Made by a program: the position numbers and the translations under genes. The notes below the pieces were generated by a model that was not told the origin of the DNA, made no database searches, and saw only the letters and a list, made by a program, of their open reading frames with translations. A stretch of DNA of 47,927 nucleotides, from the NCBI RefSeq assembly GCF_004010195.1, contig NC_057719.1, positions 44,191,781-44,239,707 on the forward strand. Direction: 5' to 3'. Numbering within the stretch: the first letter of the stretch is position 1; each line of letters starts with the position of its first letter. Source of the stretch: Chiloscyllium plagiosum (lineage: Eukaryota). Below are positions 21,726 through 35,510 of this stretch, piece by piece.

Positions 21726-23746
21726 GTTCCTACGCAATCAATTAAGACTCTTGTAAAATATTCCTCAAATGCAGGAATGTATATGAAGGATGTGGATTTT
21801 AGTACTGCTGTGGTTTTCCAATGATCTGACATGTATGACATGTCTGGAAAAATTCAACTACATCCTTGTGCAGTCTAGGCCAGTAAAAATGTTTTTGTGT
21901 TTTAGTTTGCATTTTCTCACTCCTAAATGACCCCCTAGACATAGCTCATGTGCCACTCACAACACTTTCTTTCTATAACCCACTGGCAAGGTGATTTGAT
22001 GAACTTCTACCTATTTCTCATCTGCCTGAATATGTGATGGTGTTCATTTCCTCATTGAGACATTATTTTCAAGATAATGACATTCAGGGATACATTCGGA
22101 TTCTCTTTCTGTGTATGCCTTTTGATACAATTGCTTTAAATTTTCATCTTTCTGCTATAACTCAGTTAATTTATCTGAGCTAACGATGTCTGCTGTGTCA
22201 ACTATCTGCTCCTGGTTTATGTCAACCATCTGATGAAACAAGGTGTCTGCTAATTCCACTTCAACTTTCTTATCTCAATTCTTTGATCTCACCTGTTTCA
22301 ACTGGTGACTTTGTGACCTCACTACCATACAGTCAGGAAAAATCCCAGGATGTGTCCTGTAATAGTTCAGTTGCTGAGTTTCCACTGGCTTTTCAACCAC
22401 AACAGACAGCACTCCTACCTGTGAACCAGCTATATCATTAGCAAGGAAAAATTGTATTCTTGGAACTGAGAGTTTGTCCAGTACTCCTATCACGACTTCT
22501 CCACTCTTCACTGGACACTCTAACCTCACTTTAGATAACTGAGCGCTTCTTGTCTCACCACAAATTCCTGCTATTAGTACCTTTTCTGGCAATAGTCTTT
22601 CAGAGGTACATATTTCCTCATCTTTCAACATCACAGATTGAGAGGATCCTGTATCTCTAAATATTGTATCCCTTTTACCTTCTGCTCCTGGCCTATGCGA
22701 GTCAACTTTACCTTCACAGGCATATGGTTTAAGGAGATCTGGCACTTCCTCCTTAACCAATCTCCAACCAGTTTGTATATTCTGGTGCAATGTTCTAGTC
22801 TCCACTGTGCTTTTCGTTACCACTCCAACAAAATTCACTGGCTTATCCTGTTTATCTACATCTGGCTTCCCAGTGCTTTTCCTAGCCCACCAACACCGTG
22901 ATTTTATGTGGCCTACTTTATTGTAGTGAAAACACTGGAGCTTTTCAACTTCTCTGTCACCTTCAAGGATTTCCTTTTTACCCGGTAGTAAGTTATCCTT
23001 ATGATCTTCACCAAGATCTTTCCCTTTCCCTTTCCATGTGAGGATTCCTCTTTTCCTCAATTTCTATCCCTCATGGATCGAAACTGATTTTGGAAGCCAA
23101 ATTTTGATTTCTGACCAATGCATAATCATCAGCCATTTCAGCTGCTAATCTTGCTGCTTAACTCTCTGCTCTTCCACATGAGTTCTCACTACTTCAGAAA
23201 GTGAATTTTTGAACTTCTGTCTAAGTGCCATTTTTGAAGTTCACACTCCCTTTCTTTCTTCCTCTCTCTCCTTTTCTCTCTCTTCTGTCTTTTTTTCTTT
23301 TTGTTCTGCTAAAGCAATTTGTTCTTTTTCTCTTTCCTCTGCTTTTAATTGCAATTCAAACTGTTAAATTTCTGTTGCCCTTTCCTTGTCTTTTGCCTTT
23401 AATTCAAGCTGCTTCATTTTCTATTGAGTTTTAGTCATATCCAAAGATCCTGATGGTGTTTCCAGCAAATTTAAATGCTGAGTTATTACTGTAATTATCA
23501 TGGAAGAGGCTGCTCCAACCCCAGCTTGTCGCTAATTGCAGCAGCTTGGTCCTAATCATTTTTTGCAAAACTCCCAAAGTCCCTTCTTCCACCCCCAGAA
23601 AATTCTTGGTGACTGAAAGAGCCATTGCTATCCCAAACATGGTTTAAACCATCCAAATTCAATACCTGGAACAAAAAACACTAATACCTACCACTCGCTG
23701 CTTTCGAGTCCAACAACACTAATCCCAATTTGGAACTACAGAACAA

Positions 23747-23765
23747 ATCCCGCAAAGAGCCCCCA
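23747..23765 (-). promoter_or_regulatory. Primer-binding site, tRNA-Pro-like
   Basis: Minus strand tgggggctctttgcgggat a few bases after the LTR end, versus the canonical tRNA-Pro PBS TGGGGGCTCGTCCGGGAT. Confidence 0.65.
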
Positions 23766-24061
23766 ATCTGCTATGGACCAGGCCAGATCTCCCTCCCCCC
23801 ACCTCCCCCAAACACATTTCCAGCAAGCAGCCCAGACCCTAACTTTGCTAGTTGTTTTAAGCAGGTGTAACATGGGTACTCTAGGAATAATGCAGCTGGC
23901 CAATCTACTTAGTTTTAAACAAAACAGAATTTATTTACAAGATTACCAAATGAAACATAAACAAAAGAGAACAGAATACAGAATAACTTAACCTATCTGA
24001 AAACCCAACAGATTATCTCAACTTAATGATGCTGTTCCAAATACTTGCAACAATAAACACC

Positions 24062-24463
24062 GCTGCTGTGGTTCTGTTCGCCGAGCTGGAAGTTTTTGTT
24101 GCAAAGGTTTCGTCCCCTGTCTAGGTGACATCCTCAGTGCTTGGGAGCCTCCTGTGAAGCGCTTCTGTGGTGTTTCCTCCGGCATTTATAGTGGCCTGTC
24201 CCTGCCGCTTCCGGTTGTCAGTTTCAGCTGTCCGCTGTAGTGGCCGGTATATTGGGCCCAGGTCGATGTGTTTGTTGATGGAGATTGTGGATGGCACTCT
24301 ATAAATGCCGGAGGAAACACCACAGAAGCACTTCACAGGAGGCTCCCAAGCACTGAGGATATCACCTAGACAGGGGACGAAACGTTTGCAACAAAAACTT
24401 CCAGCTCGGCGAACAGAACCACAGCAACGAGCACCCAAGCTACAAATCTTCTCACAAACTTTG
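24062..24463. mobile_element. Penelope-derived fold-back element (family C) inserted in the LTR, 13-bp TSD
   Basis: Inverted arms ~24063-24194 / 24296-24427, homologous to 7520-8090; aacaataaacacc at 24049 and 24464. Confidence 0.88.
24350..24389 (+). ncRNA. Minimal hammerhead motif (family C); mirror copy on minus strand at 24101-24140
   Basis: GCA-CTGAGGA-tatcacctagacaggggac-GAAA-CG-TT-TGC; the base of stem II is mutated relative to the 8013 copy. Confidence 0.55.
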
Positions 24464-25011
24464 AACAATAAACACCCTTTGGCACAAAAGGTAAAATCAA
24501 ACACAGGGTCTCACAGGAGAGATGTCAGAGAGAGGGTACTAGCATGGACCTGCTTCTTTGGGTCTGCCGCCTCAAATGACTACTGTGCTAAAACCAAACC
24601 AAACCAAACCAGAGAAAATCTGAGCTGGGACAATTGGCCATTCCCCTTTCATTGTACAAGTGTTTTCCTTTTAAAACTTAAAAGCCTTTTACCTGAGGCA
24701 GTATCTGTTAGCTATAATCAAATTGGCCCTAAAACTCTTCAACTTGGACTTTTTGCAGTCTGTGTCTTTTACAACCTTGCTGAAAAAAAACCAAGGACAG
24801 CATAACCTTGTTAAAGGAGCAGCATCGTCACAGAATGCAATATGCTCCAAAACATGTTAGGAAAGGAGAAGGAGGAAAGCTGGGAATGAGTAAAGAGAAC
24901 TGGCTAATACTAAATCATTGGGAGAGGTAGAATTGGGACTTCATATTTGGCAGAAACAGATACAAAAGATATAAGACATTAATGACTTCTAAACATCATT
25001 AGAATTGTTAC

Positions 25012-25146
25012 CTATCATGATGAAAAAGCATATTCAGAATATCTCGGAAAAGTTCAGGTTGATTTGGAGAAAAATATCCACTTGCAATCTGATCGATCAC
25101 TTCTTTCAATTCTGGAATTTTTTCATAATATTGGGAAGCATTATAT
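25012..25146 (-). CDS. PYGL: Glycogen phosphorylase exon 18 (135 bp)
   Basis: ttccag| (G)[44 protein letters not shown](R) |gtaac. Confidence 0.93.
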
Positions 25147-25759
25147 CTGGAAGCAATATCAACATAAGTTAGCAATGAATAATCTGATATCCTGAAGCAG
25201 GATAGATCATCAAATGCAATTGAAGTTGAGGAAATAATAACTTGAGAAATAGTAATAGATATTTAACAAAATATTTTATGAAATTGGTTTCAGGAAGAAA
25301 ATCACATTTCTCCCACTTAGCAGTTAAATTTTGTAGCAATCTTAGTACATCATCTTGTGTACTTCTTTTCAAGATTAGCCTTTCGCCATCATTACTTATA
25401 CTTTCCTGCCATACTATGATAATGAGTATTTAATTAAATGTTAGGTATTACTAAGAAAATTAGGTATTAGAAGAGATTTAAAAACTTCCAAACACACTGA
25501 GGTTTGAGACAAAGGGGTAAGCTAATCATAAATGACTCTGTCCTCCTCACCATGTTTTCCTTTTATGATTCCAACTATAGTAATACTAAACAAGTCAGAC
25601 GTCAGAATGGCAGGTTTTATTTTTCCTTTTTGATTACTGTGGAGGTCAGTCATTGAACATATTCACATGAGGCTGTCAATGTACTTTTAACAATAAAACA
25701 TAAAAGCGTATCAGTGAACAAAAACTATATTGTGCTGTACAATAACTATTTGAAACATA

Positions 25760-25922
25760 GGAGAAAGTGAGGACTGCAGATGCTGGAGATCAGAGCTGAA
25801 AAGGTGTTGCTGGAAAAGCGCAGCAGGTCAGGCATGAAGAAGGGCTCATGCCCGAAACGTTGATTCTCCTGCTCCTTGGATGCTGCCTGACCTGCTGCGC
25901 TTTTCCAGCAACACATTTTCAG
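25760..25922. mobile_element. Penelope-derived palindromic short element (family A), 14-bp TSD
   Basis: Tail plus inverted arms; ctatttgaaacata at 25746 and 25923. Confidence 0.85.
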
Positions 25923-28149
25923 CTATTTGAAACATACCCAATATAAATATCGGAAAGTATATTCAATCCTTTTGTCCCAGCAATAAGTACAGATACCCCA
26001 ACCTTAGAGAAGATTCATACCCATTTCCATGCTAATGCTCCCTGTTTAGCTGGCACAGCTGTATATAAGTTTCCTTTTTGACAAATATTTTTGCATACAA
26101 TTGATGGTATTTTCTTCAACCGATATCTTTGAGACTTTTAAACAAGCTGCAAACTCAGCTCACTTTTACTGTTGAACATTGGTGCAAAACTCAAGTTTTC
26201 AAAAGCCTTGTTGGATGTCTTCCTCTCTGATACTTCCACAACTTTCTCCATAGACCAGCACTGTGTGATTTGGAAAACTGCTACTATTAACACCGCAGCT
26301 GTACTAGACCTCTTTGAATGAAACTGTTTCTCTATTCCCTCGCTTTTGCTTACTCTCTGGATTGCAAAGCTCAGCAACACCTTAGCAATTATCTCCCAGG
26401 TAGGAGGGAGGGTAGGGCTTTTTAGTCATTTTGCTGAAATCACATGATTTCTTGGAATTCTCGTTTTATCTCTATTCAAAATAATTTTCTGGCCTTGTAT
26501 TTAAAAAAGATCTGACATTTACAGAACTGAAAACTTAAATCTAAGTTTCCTCTAATTTTACTTTTCTTTCCAAAGAATAATATTATGAGGCTTCATCACA
26601 ATTTCAAATCTCAGTCTGTGCAGTATTGTTTGAAACACTCCTGTAAATGAAGGGGACATAAAAGTTTTAGGAATGTACAAAGAACAGGGGTATTAAAGAA
26701 AGCAAGCAGTGCAGAAACATTCATTTGCAATTGATGCAAGGAGTACTTTATGCTTTGTTCTTACTCATACTAGGTTATTTTTATGCTCTTTCCAATGCAG
26801 TTCTTGAATACAAGGCTTCTTACTTTCTCTTGTAGGGGCTGAAGTATTCTCATTTGACCATCTTCAAAACTAGTCATCATAATTGCGTAAATGGCAGAGA
26901 AGTAGGAAAATAAGGCCATATGGGCAAACTATGGCACACAGCTATTATTTTCTATTTTCTAACAGTTGTCAAGATAAATCTGTTCATCAGTTTATAGCCT
27001 AAATCACAATATGCTGAACCATCAATCTTTAAGAGTAAAGACAAGAGTTTTAAAAAGTCCAAAAGGTAATAATTAATTGCTCCTTTCATTTTGCTTGCCT
27101 CTAGATTTTAAGACCTGCTGCCCCTATTAATGGGTATATTTTGATTCAGTTTACAAGTTCAATTTACATCTAACATATCATCCTCTGATCCACTTGTTCC
27201 ATGTATTTGCCTGTGCTCTGAGCTGAAAATCACTTTTGATTTCCTAGGCCTTTGGACTTGTTGGTTTGATCGGCTTTGGTTGCCTTGATTCTATTTCAAT
27301 GGATTCTAGGCTTTAATGTGAGCTTCAACACTGCTTTCTACTGAGATTGTATTATCTGCCAGACTACTTTAATTACAATACCTGTTCTGATACAGCTTTC
27401 TACACCTTCACTGGGATTAAACTCTGTCAGCTTTATGGTTTCCTCCAGGCTCCCTGTAGCCACTAATTCTGCACTGCTCCAATGGCACTCTGGATTCCTG
27501 CAACATCCTACATTAGACTGGACTAGTTCCTTAAAACCTCAATGCTGTTCTCAATTCATTTCTCTTCCACCCAACTCCCTCATTTGCACTCCTCCTTTCT
27601 GGACTGCCATTGATTTTGGTTCCTTTATTTAAATCCCTTTGCTCCTCTGCTATTATAATAGATTTGTGGATCACACTTAATGCTAGACGCTACTATGCAC
27701 CTCTGCTTGGCATTAACATTTATTATCTTGAAAAATGGTTTACTTTCCAATGTTCTCATGCCCTCTGAACAAATCCCACAAGTATACTGACTAAAACTTT
27801 GTATCTTGAATACTTCCTGGATTCATTCACTCTGATAATTCTTCTTGAACCTAGGCATTAGTTCAAGCTGATTTCACTCCATCTATAAGTCAACTTCATA
27901 CCAATACAAAATCTCATACTTGATCTTTATATAAAAATCATTTCCTTCTTGTCATCTCTTTACAACCCTGACTTGACTGCTGTAATTTCTGCCATGCCAA
28001 TAAATTCTGAAATTGCTCAGTGTTAATTTGCATAGCACATTTTGGTTACTGCTCCATTACTTTTATGTCTCCTTTTCCCCTCAGTTCCTTCTCTCCTGCT
28101 TCCTAACCTTCCTGTTAGATAGTCATTGTGTCTTTATTTAAACTAACAT

Positions 28150-28800
28150 TGACTGTTGTAAATACCTACCTTGTTCATCCATGCCCTTTAGGAGTGGAAA
28201 TCTGCCATACCTATAGTCTGGCATACTTGTTACTCCAAACCCACACCAGCGCAGTTGACTCTTAACTATTCTCTGCAAAGGGGTGACTTTTTCACACAGA
28301 AGGTGGTACAGGTATGGAATGAGCTGCCAGAGGAAGTGGTGGAGGCTGGTACAATTACAACATTTAAGAGGCATTTGGATGGGTATATGAATAGGAAGGG
28401 TTTGGAGGGATATGGGCCAGGTGCTGGCAGGTGGGACTAGATTGGGTTGGGATATCTGGTCGGCATGGAAAGGTTGGACCGAAGGGTCTGTTTCCATGCT
28501 GTACATATCTATGACTCTATGTCACTCAAATGCAACAAACTACTTCAGAAATGGAATAAAAGCAGACAGACCACCAGGCACTGACCTTGGCATTGGAAAT
28601 GACATTGACACAGCCAGTCTTGTCAACCTTGCAAAGTTCTCCTCACTAAATTTGGAGGCTTGTGCAAGAGCTGTCCCACAGACTAGTCAAGCAATGGCCT
28701 AACAGTCATACTCATTGGATGAGACCTCACAGACACTACCACCATTGTAAGCTGGTATGCCCTTACATTGACTGCAGACCTCATGAAGTCCCAAGGCATC
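28150..28800 (+). mobile_element. Old LINE/SINE relic interrupted by a younger CR1 3' fragment (~28278-28520)
   Basis: FFTQKVVQVWNELPEEVVEAG..FKRHLD plus tail; flanks share ggaaatct...gactcttaact with 46760-47110. Confidence 0.65.
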
Positions 28801-29109
28801 ACTGAGTCTCATGATGATTAAGTTTAACCACCAGCTTGTAAACAAGACCTACTGTTAATTTCAGCTGATGGCCAATAAATTATTAACAGTGGTACCAGTT
28901 TTAAATAAGCTGTTGCTCAAATGTATCCATTGTAATGTTAATATTTATATATCAAGATAATTGATTGGAATTAGTAGCAATATAGATTAATAGTAATTTA
29001 AAGATAAATATTTGTGTTGCATATGTTTGCTGCTCTGCCCACCTTTGTCTTCCATTATTATTTAACATTATAAGTAATTTCTCATGGTCACTGCAAACAA
29101 TATTTGTTA

Positions 29110-29361
<252 letters not shown>

Positions 29362-29769
29362 TTAATATTGCTATATAGAGCAAAAGCATCTGAAGAACTC
29401 AACAAGGAAAGGGCTGAAGGAAATAATGGCCTAATAATTTGATGGCACACACTCATTTTTTGGGTTTTATATAACCCAGTCCTTCAATACCAGGAGTAAC
29501 AATTTACGCATTATGAGCTGGAAATTCTAAGTTCTCTTACAAGGAGTGGAAGGTTATACTGCTAGATTTGCCAGGTATCAACATCCAGTAATGTTAGCTT
29601 GTCAGCATTGTAACCTCGAAGATGACTGATGATCGATATTACTTGCACACATCAACACACACATATAGTATCAAAAACAGTTCACTGGCCTGACAAAGGT
29701 TGTCATTGTAAAATCCCCCTGGCACAGTTGGAACTTCTGAATACATTTGTAATTTGACAACTTTTCAAA

Positions 29770-30255
29770 AATTTATTCATTTGTGGAATGTGGGCATCGT
29801 TGGCTGACCAGCATTTATTGCCTGTTCCTGGTTGCTCTTGAGAAGGTAGTGGTGAGCTGCCTTCTTGAACTGTTGCAGACCACCTGCTGTGGGCTGACCC
29901 ACAGTGCTATTAGGAGGGAATTCCTATATCTTGACCCATCAACAGTGAAGGAACAGTGATATATTCCCAAGTCAGGATGATGAATAGCTTGGAAGGGAAC
30001 TTGAAGATGATGGTGTTCCCATATTTCTGCTGCCCTTGTCCTTCTAGATGGAAGTAGTCGTGGGTTTAGAAGGCACTGTTTGATGATCTGTGGTGAATTT
30101 CTGCAGTGCATTTTGTAAATAGTACTCATTACTGCTACTGAGCTTCGGTGGTGGAGGGAGTGGATGCTTTTGTGGATTTCGTGCTAATCAAGGGCTACTT
30201 TGTCCTGGATGGTGTCAAGCTTCTTGAGTGTTGTTGGGGCTGCACCCATCCAAGC
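29770..30255 (-). mobile_element. L2/CR1-group LINE 3' end (same family as 34280-35510)
   Basis: Aligns by eye with 34280-34720; PTTLKKLDTIQDK coding remnant at ~30200-30240. Confidence 0.75.
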
Positions 30256-31699
30256 CTTTAATCTTGTGAAGGCATTTAACAATGTACTAACATACTAGAA
30301 CAGTCTGTTTCAGTCTTCCACTTTAAATGCAAAGATCCACACTAAAATATATTTCATACTTTGAAGATACCTTGCTTTTCTACCAAATTATAAAATAGGG
30401 AAATTACATAAAGGAATGACTCATTTTATTATATTGTCATACAGGCATTAAGTAATGTCCCTTATATAATTATATATTTGTATGTGCCACGTTTTAATAA
30501 ATATCCTTATTGGATATGCAAAGGTTAGACTACATCTGCAAAGCTTATTCTGATTGGAAGAATATGTTTGTAAAGTTTGATCAAAACTTGTGCAAGGCAT
30601 AAAAAAGTCTATGTATTGGAAAATTGATAAATGTACATGTAGACAGTAATACTTAGTGGCATGGGCCTTGGTTAGAAAATTGGGCAAATTAGATTGGTGG
30701 TAAGGAGATTCCTGACATTGAGAACAAAATATCACATTTTCCAACCAATTATTGAACAACGAGATTCTCACAAGTGACTGTTAAGGCTTATTTTCATGTA
30801 TTAACATCCTCATTATTACATTGTCTTATTTCATGGATCTGCAGTTTTCCAGTTTCCTACCTGCCTAATAGAAACTAGATGGTGCGAATTTCTGACATGC
30901 AAGTTGGAGGAATAACCTGGTGACAAGCTTACTGCTTGCTCCTCCGGCCTTCCAGCTTGGACACCAGACACCAATATCTCAAAGCATGTTCTACTGCAGT
31001 GACCATACCATATCCACCAGAATGTCCAGATCTCTGTAAGCAAAGCGGGGTGCCATTCTGCTCTCCCTGACATGTCTTGAGCAACTGACCTACAGGGACC
31101 ATGCCGAGAAGCTACAGACTGCCAGTGCTTGACCAGGTACATGGCTCAGTTTTAAAGAGAGTGCCAGTGCTAGAAATCCTGGACATCCTGGCAGTAGCCA
31201 GTAATTTTGGCTGCGGCAAGTAGGGAGGGGAATGTCATAAAGACATGGTCCATAAGTAATATGATTAGTTTGAGAAGACAGCATGAGAAGACTTGTAAGA
31301 GCTCATGATGAGAAAGCCTCAATGCCAAAATTGAGACTTAGCTGATTTTTGGCAAAATTCAACACTTTAGTTAAACACATCAATAAAATTGCTGTCATTC
31401 AAAAAGCAATAACTGTCAAATCAAAGATTAACTGTTATGAGTGCAATCAAAACACACATTTTTGACATATTTCAGTAGTCATATTAATAACTTGGTTGGT
31501 TATACAGAGATTTTCTGCTTTGCAATTCCCACACAAAGTAAACATGCTGGGAAATCCCATATTATCAGCTCTTTCTTTTTCTAAATAATTTCTAAAGTAC
31601 AGGAAATCATGAAGTCAGGTGTTTTAAGTGGAAAATTAACCTTTATATGTTTAAACAATCATATTCATAAAATAAATATTTGAAACCTACAAATAATTA

Positions 31700-31990
31700 A
31701 AGTCATAGAGTTTTTACAGCATGGAAGGAGTCCCTTCAGCCTATTGTGTCTGCATTGGTCATTAAACCCATTCTAATCCCATTTTCCATCATTTGGCTCA
31801 AAGATGTGCATGTTTCAACGGCTGTTCTAAGTGGTTCTTAAATTCTTGAGAGTTCCTGCTTCTACCATCCTTTCAGATAGTGAGTTTCAGACACCCACAA
31901 CCCTCTAGGTGATTTTTTTCCCTCAAATCCTCTCTCTAAACCTCTTGCTCCTTACCTTAAAACTGTGCCTCACGGTTATTAGCCTTCCTA
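31700..31990 (-). mobile_element. Degenerate CR1 3' end
   Basis: agtcatagag..cagcatggaaggag..ccttcagcc reverse tail and the RVVGVWN-like region. Confidence 0.65.
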
Positions 31991-32372
31991 CTAATTCATA
32001 CAAAAACTTCCAATGTTATTCATTAAATTGTAAAAAGTTGAGCTATAAAGGGAACAGAACTAAGATTGGATATGAAAGAAAGATGGATGGAGATGGAATG
32101 AGAAAACAGAAATAAGAGTGATAGCAGATTTTGAAAGCGATCAAAATTGATTGTGAGTCTGTTGATAGTGAGTCTATACCAACTGCTCTTAACTCAAGTC
32201 TGTGGCTTATTTTCTTTCCCTATGCCCTCTATTCTGCTTTTATTAATATGCTCAATTTGTCTGCACTTTAAAAGCTCAACAATCATTTCTAGAGCAAGTC
32301 TGCCAGCTTCTACCCTACCCTTTGTGGCAGTGTTAAACAAAGCTATTGTAGTCTTTTGCTTCTTAGCAGTAC

Positions 32373-32514
32373 CTTTTTCAGCCAGTGAGACTCTGTAGTT
32401 TTCCAAGAAAATAACCTTTAACTTGTTACCAATTATAGGGTCATTGTTCACTTTTTGTGCCACAGATGTGATGAGTTTAATAATCAATTTAGCCATATAA
32501 TAACCAGGAGCAGC
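32373..32514 (-). CDS. PYGL: Glycogen phosphorylase exon 16 (142 bp)
   Basis: ttcctag| [47 protein letters not shown](V) |gtactg. Confidence 0.95.
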
Positions 32515-32750
32515 CTAGGAAAGAAGCATGTTTAAACTTAGAAAAGAAACACTGATAACATTTGAACAGACGTATTTTCATCAGGAATAATAGTAATTGC
32601 ATTAGTTTAAGACATTCCACAAAAGGAACAGATTTATAGAGTTAAAATTAGATTTTGAATTTTGATTGACTTTTCCATGACACAACTAATGACCCATAAG
32701 TTTGAATGAAAATAAATCAAATGTTGAAATATTAGGCTGTGTTATGACCA

Positions 32751-32938
32751 AGGTAAAAACAATGACTGCAGATGCTGGAAACCAGATTCTGGATTAGTGG
32801 TGCTGCAAGAGCACAGCAGTTCAGGCAGCATTCAAGGAGCTTCGAAATCGACGTTTCGGGCAAAAGCCCTTCATCAGGAATAAAAAAGCTTGGATGCTGC
32901 CTGAACTGCTGTGCTCTTCCAGCACCACTAATCCAGAA
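32751..32938. mobile_element. Penelope-derived palindromic short element (family A variant), 13-bp TSD; hammerhead core on minus strand 32850-32877
   Basis: Arms ttctggattagtggtgctg / cagcaccactaatccagaa; tgtgttatgacca at 32738 and 32939; CTGATGA-a-GGGC-tttt-GCCC-GAAACGTC. Confidence 0.85.
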
Positions 32939-34279
32939 TGTGTTATGACCAGATGAGCAGGGATGAATCAGATCTCTTTTTAACCCCATCGGTTGGCTAT
33001 GGCTATGGTTTCAGATTTTCTGATTGCTCGACAGTCATTATTCCAGCATAGGTGGGAGTATTACATGGGCACCATATGGAATCCCCATCATAGCACACTC
33101 CAAAGGAACTGCTTGGGAAATTGAATCTTCCATTTGGCAATTCCTCTATCTCTGGAACTTTCTGAAAGTCTCCATTTACATTGGTGACTTTGGAGCGTTT
33201 TGATGAATTTAAGTATAGTAAATCCTCGGTATCCTCAAGATCATGAATTGTGAATTCACCTATCTGCACCAAAAAATAAGTAACAATAAAAATCAACATT
33301 TGCATGCAAAAATTGCATATCCGCAATTTTAAACTTATTTTTAAACGAGCTATGCACTCATAATTTTCATCATTGCAGTTTCTCAAGATTGGATCCCTCC
33401 CAGATACGGTGGAATGACTAAACTAGTCACTCAGAAGTTAGATATTAAATACATAGTTTAATTACTGAATAGCTATTTAACAGACCCATTATTATCCCCA
33501 ACTACATTCCCGCCTCCTATCCTGTACCTGATGCCTCTCCTGCCCAACCGAACTACCGTAAATGTTACATCACTTATCTTGCCACCTTGCATTCTGGCAT
33601 CCTAGCCACTTGGCACCCTACCCTCTCACTCTTGACATTCTATTGGCATGAAATCCTATTGTCTACCCAACTAGTACTCTACCCCCTCAGCCAACACCCT
33701 AATCTGGATTGCTCCCTATATCCAACTCATAATGTCTCTGGCACCCTATTTAGCTGGTACCTTAATCCTCTGCTGCCTTTCTGACAATCTATTCTTCCCC
33801 CATCTCCCCAAGCAGCAACCTTTACATTTCAGAAAATGCCAGGAAAAGGGATTGTGACTTGCTGACCTCTGAGAGTTCATCACTATGAAAGAACCGTCAG
33901 AAAGGAAGTACAATTCTGCATTTATGAAGGAGCTCTGAACAGAATCTACCTTCAGAAAATACGGAGCTCCCTTTTTTTTGTAAAATAAGGGCCAAAGTGA
34001 CAATTTGCATGAGATTGTCACTCCTTGCAAACTCCAGCCCAAAGATTTTAAATTCTTTTTAACATGTAGCTGTATCTCAAATAACAATGTTGTTTGTTGG
34101 TTCATCAAAATCAATTAAAAATCCAATTATAACGTTTTTGTAACTGAAAAGAAAAGCAATTTTATTTCTCGCTAATACTCAGAAAATAATAAAAATGTGA
34201 CATCAAACACACAGATGAACTCAGGTATAAAGATTTGCAAAAGGAGAGTGCCCAGTACAAATTAGATGATTTTTAAAAT

Positions 34280-35510
34280 TTGTTACTTGTGGAACATTAT
34301 TGTCGCTGGCTGGGCCTGTTCCTAGTTGCCCTTAAGTAGTGGTGAGATGCCATCTTGAACTGCTGCAATCCTTGAGCTGTAGATAGACCTACAACATTGT
34401 TAGGGTGGGAATTCCAGGATTCTGACATGGCAAAGCTGAAGGTAAGGAGATATATTTCTGAGTCAGGATGGTGAGTGGCTTGGAGGGAAACTTGCATCCA
34501 GTGCATCTGCTGCCCTTGTCCTTCTAGAGAGAAGTGGTCATGGGTTTAGAAGGTGCTGTCTAAGGGTCTTTGGCAGTACATCTTGTAAGTAGTACACAAG
34601 GCTGCTACTGAGAGTCAGTGGTGGAGGGTGTGGATAACTATGGGGTGTGGTGCCAATCAGGCAGACTGCTTTGCCCTGGATGATGTCAAGCTTCTTGAGT
34701 GTTGTTGGAGCTGCACTCATCCAAACAACTAGAGAATATTCTATCACACTCTGACTTGTGCTTTGTGATGGTGGACAAACTCTGGGGAGTCAGGAGGTGA
34801 GTCACTTGATGCAGTACTCTTCTCCTCTAGTTTTTAGATCAGAGTGGTGCTGAAAAAGCACAGCAGGTCAGGCAGCATCCGAGAAGCAGGAAAATCGACG
34901 TTTCGGGCAAAAGCCATTGTATTTATATGGCAAGTGGAGTTGAATTTCTGGTCGCTGAGAACCTTCAAGATATTGATTGGGGGGGGGGGGGGGATTCATT
35001 GATGGAAGTGCTGTTGAATATCAATGTGCAGTGGATATATTGTCTCTTATAGGGATAGTCATTGCCTGCTATTTGTGTGACATGAATACTGTCCAGGTCT
35101 CACTACATTTGGATCTGGATTGCTTCAGTAACTGAGGAGTCACAAATGGTGCTGGACATTATGCAATCATTAGTGAACATCCCTACCTCTGACCTGATGA
35201 TGGAAGAAAGGTCATTGAAACAGCTAGAGATGGTTTGGCCTAGGACCTATCATGAGGAACTTCTTCAGAGATGTCCTGGTGCCGAGATGAATGACCTCCG
35301 AAAACCACACCCATCCTCCTATGTGCCAGGTATGACTCTAACCAGTGGAGAGATTTGCCCCGATTCCAGTTTTGCTAGGGTTTCCCTGATGTTAAGGGCA
35401 GTCACTCTCATCTCATTTCTGGAATTCAGGTATTTTTTCATGTTTGAACCAAGCTATCTTGAGATCAGAATTTGAGTGACCCTGGCAGAGTCCAAACTGG
35501 TATTAGTGAA
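34280..35510 (-). mobile_element. L2/CR1-group LINE fragment, with a partial family A insertion at ~34835-34915
   Basis: EYSLVVWMSAAPTTLKKLDIIQGKAVCLIG; degenerate RT sequence upstream; poly-G at 34979-34994. Confidence 0.72.

Larger units (their letters stand above)
19970..24832 (-). mobile_element. Gmr1-like Gypsy LTR retrotransposon relic (LTR-PBS-gag-PR-IN), degenerate, with nested insertions
   Basis: LTR 23769-24832 (TG...CA); gag with degenerate zinc knuckle CFHYNKVGHIKSRC; protease RDTGS (~22650); integrase AHE..GGHLG, HFYWP..C..C (21830-21960), QSDQGSNFTS (~21350), GALERQHQTLK (~20610), GPY (~20220) directly after PR. Confidence 0.85.

Noticed and set aside
26138..26380. 80-aa minus-strand ORF in intron 17 (also 33746-34114)
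   Set aside because: No recognisable motif and no convincing splice-site pair; expected by chance.
27240..28130. Possible very old LINE endonuclease region on the minus strand
   Set aside because: Too decayed to support specific motifs or boundaries.
32194..32372. ORF extension beyond exon 16 (GTAKKQK...)
   Set aside because: Read-through into the intron past a GT donor at the conserved position; no phosphorylase similarity.
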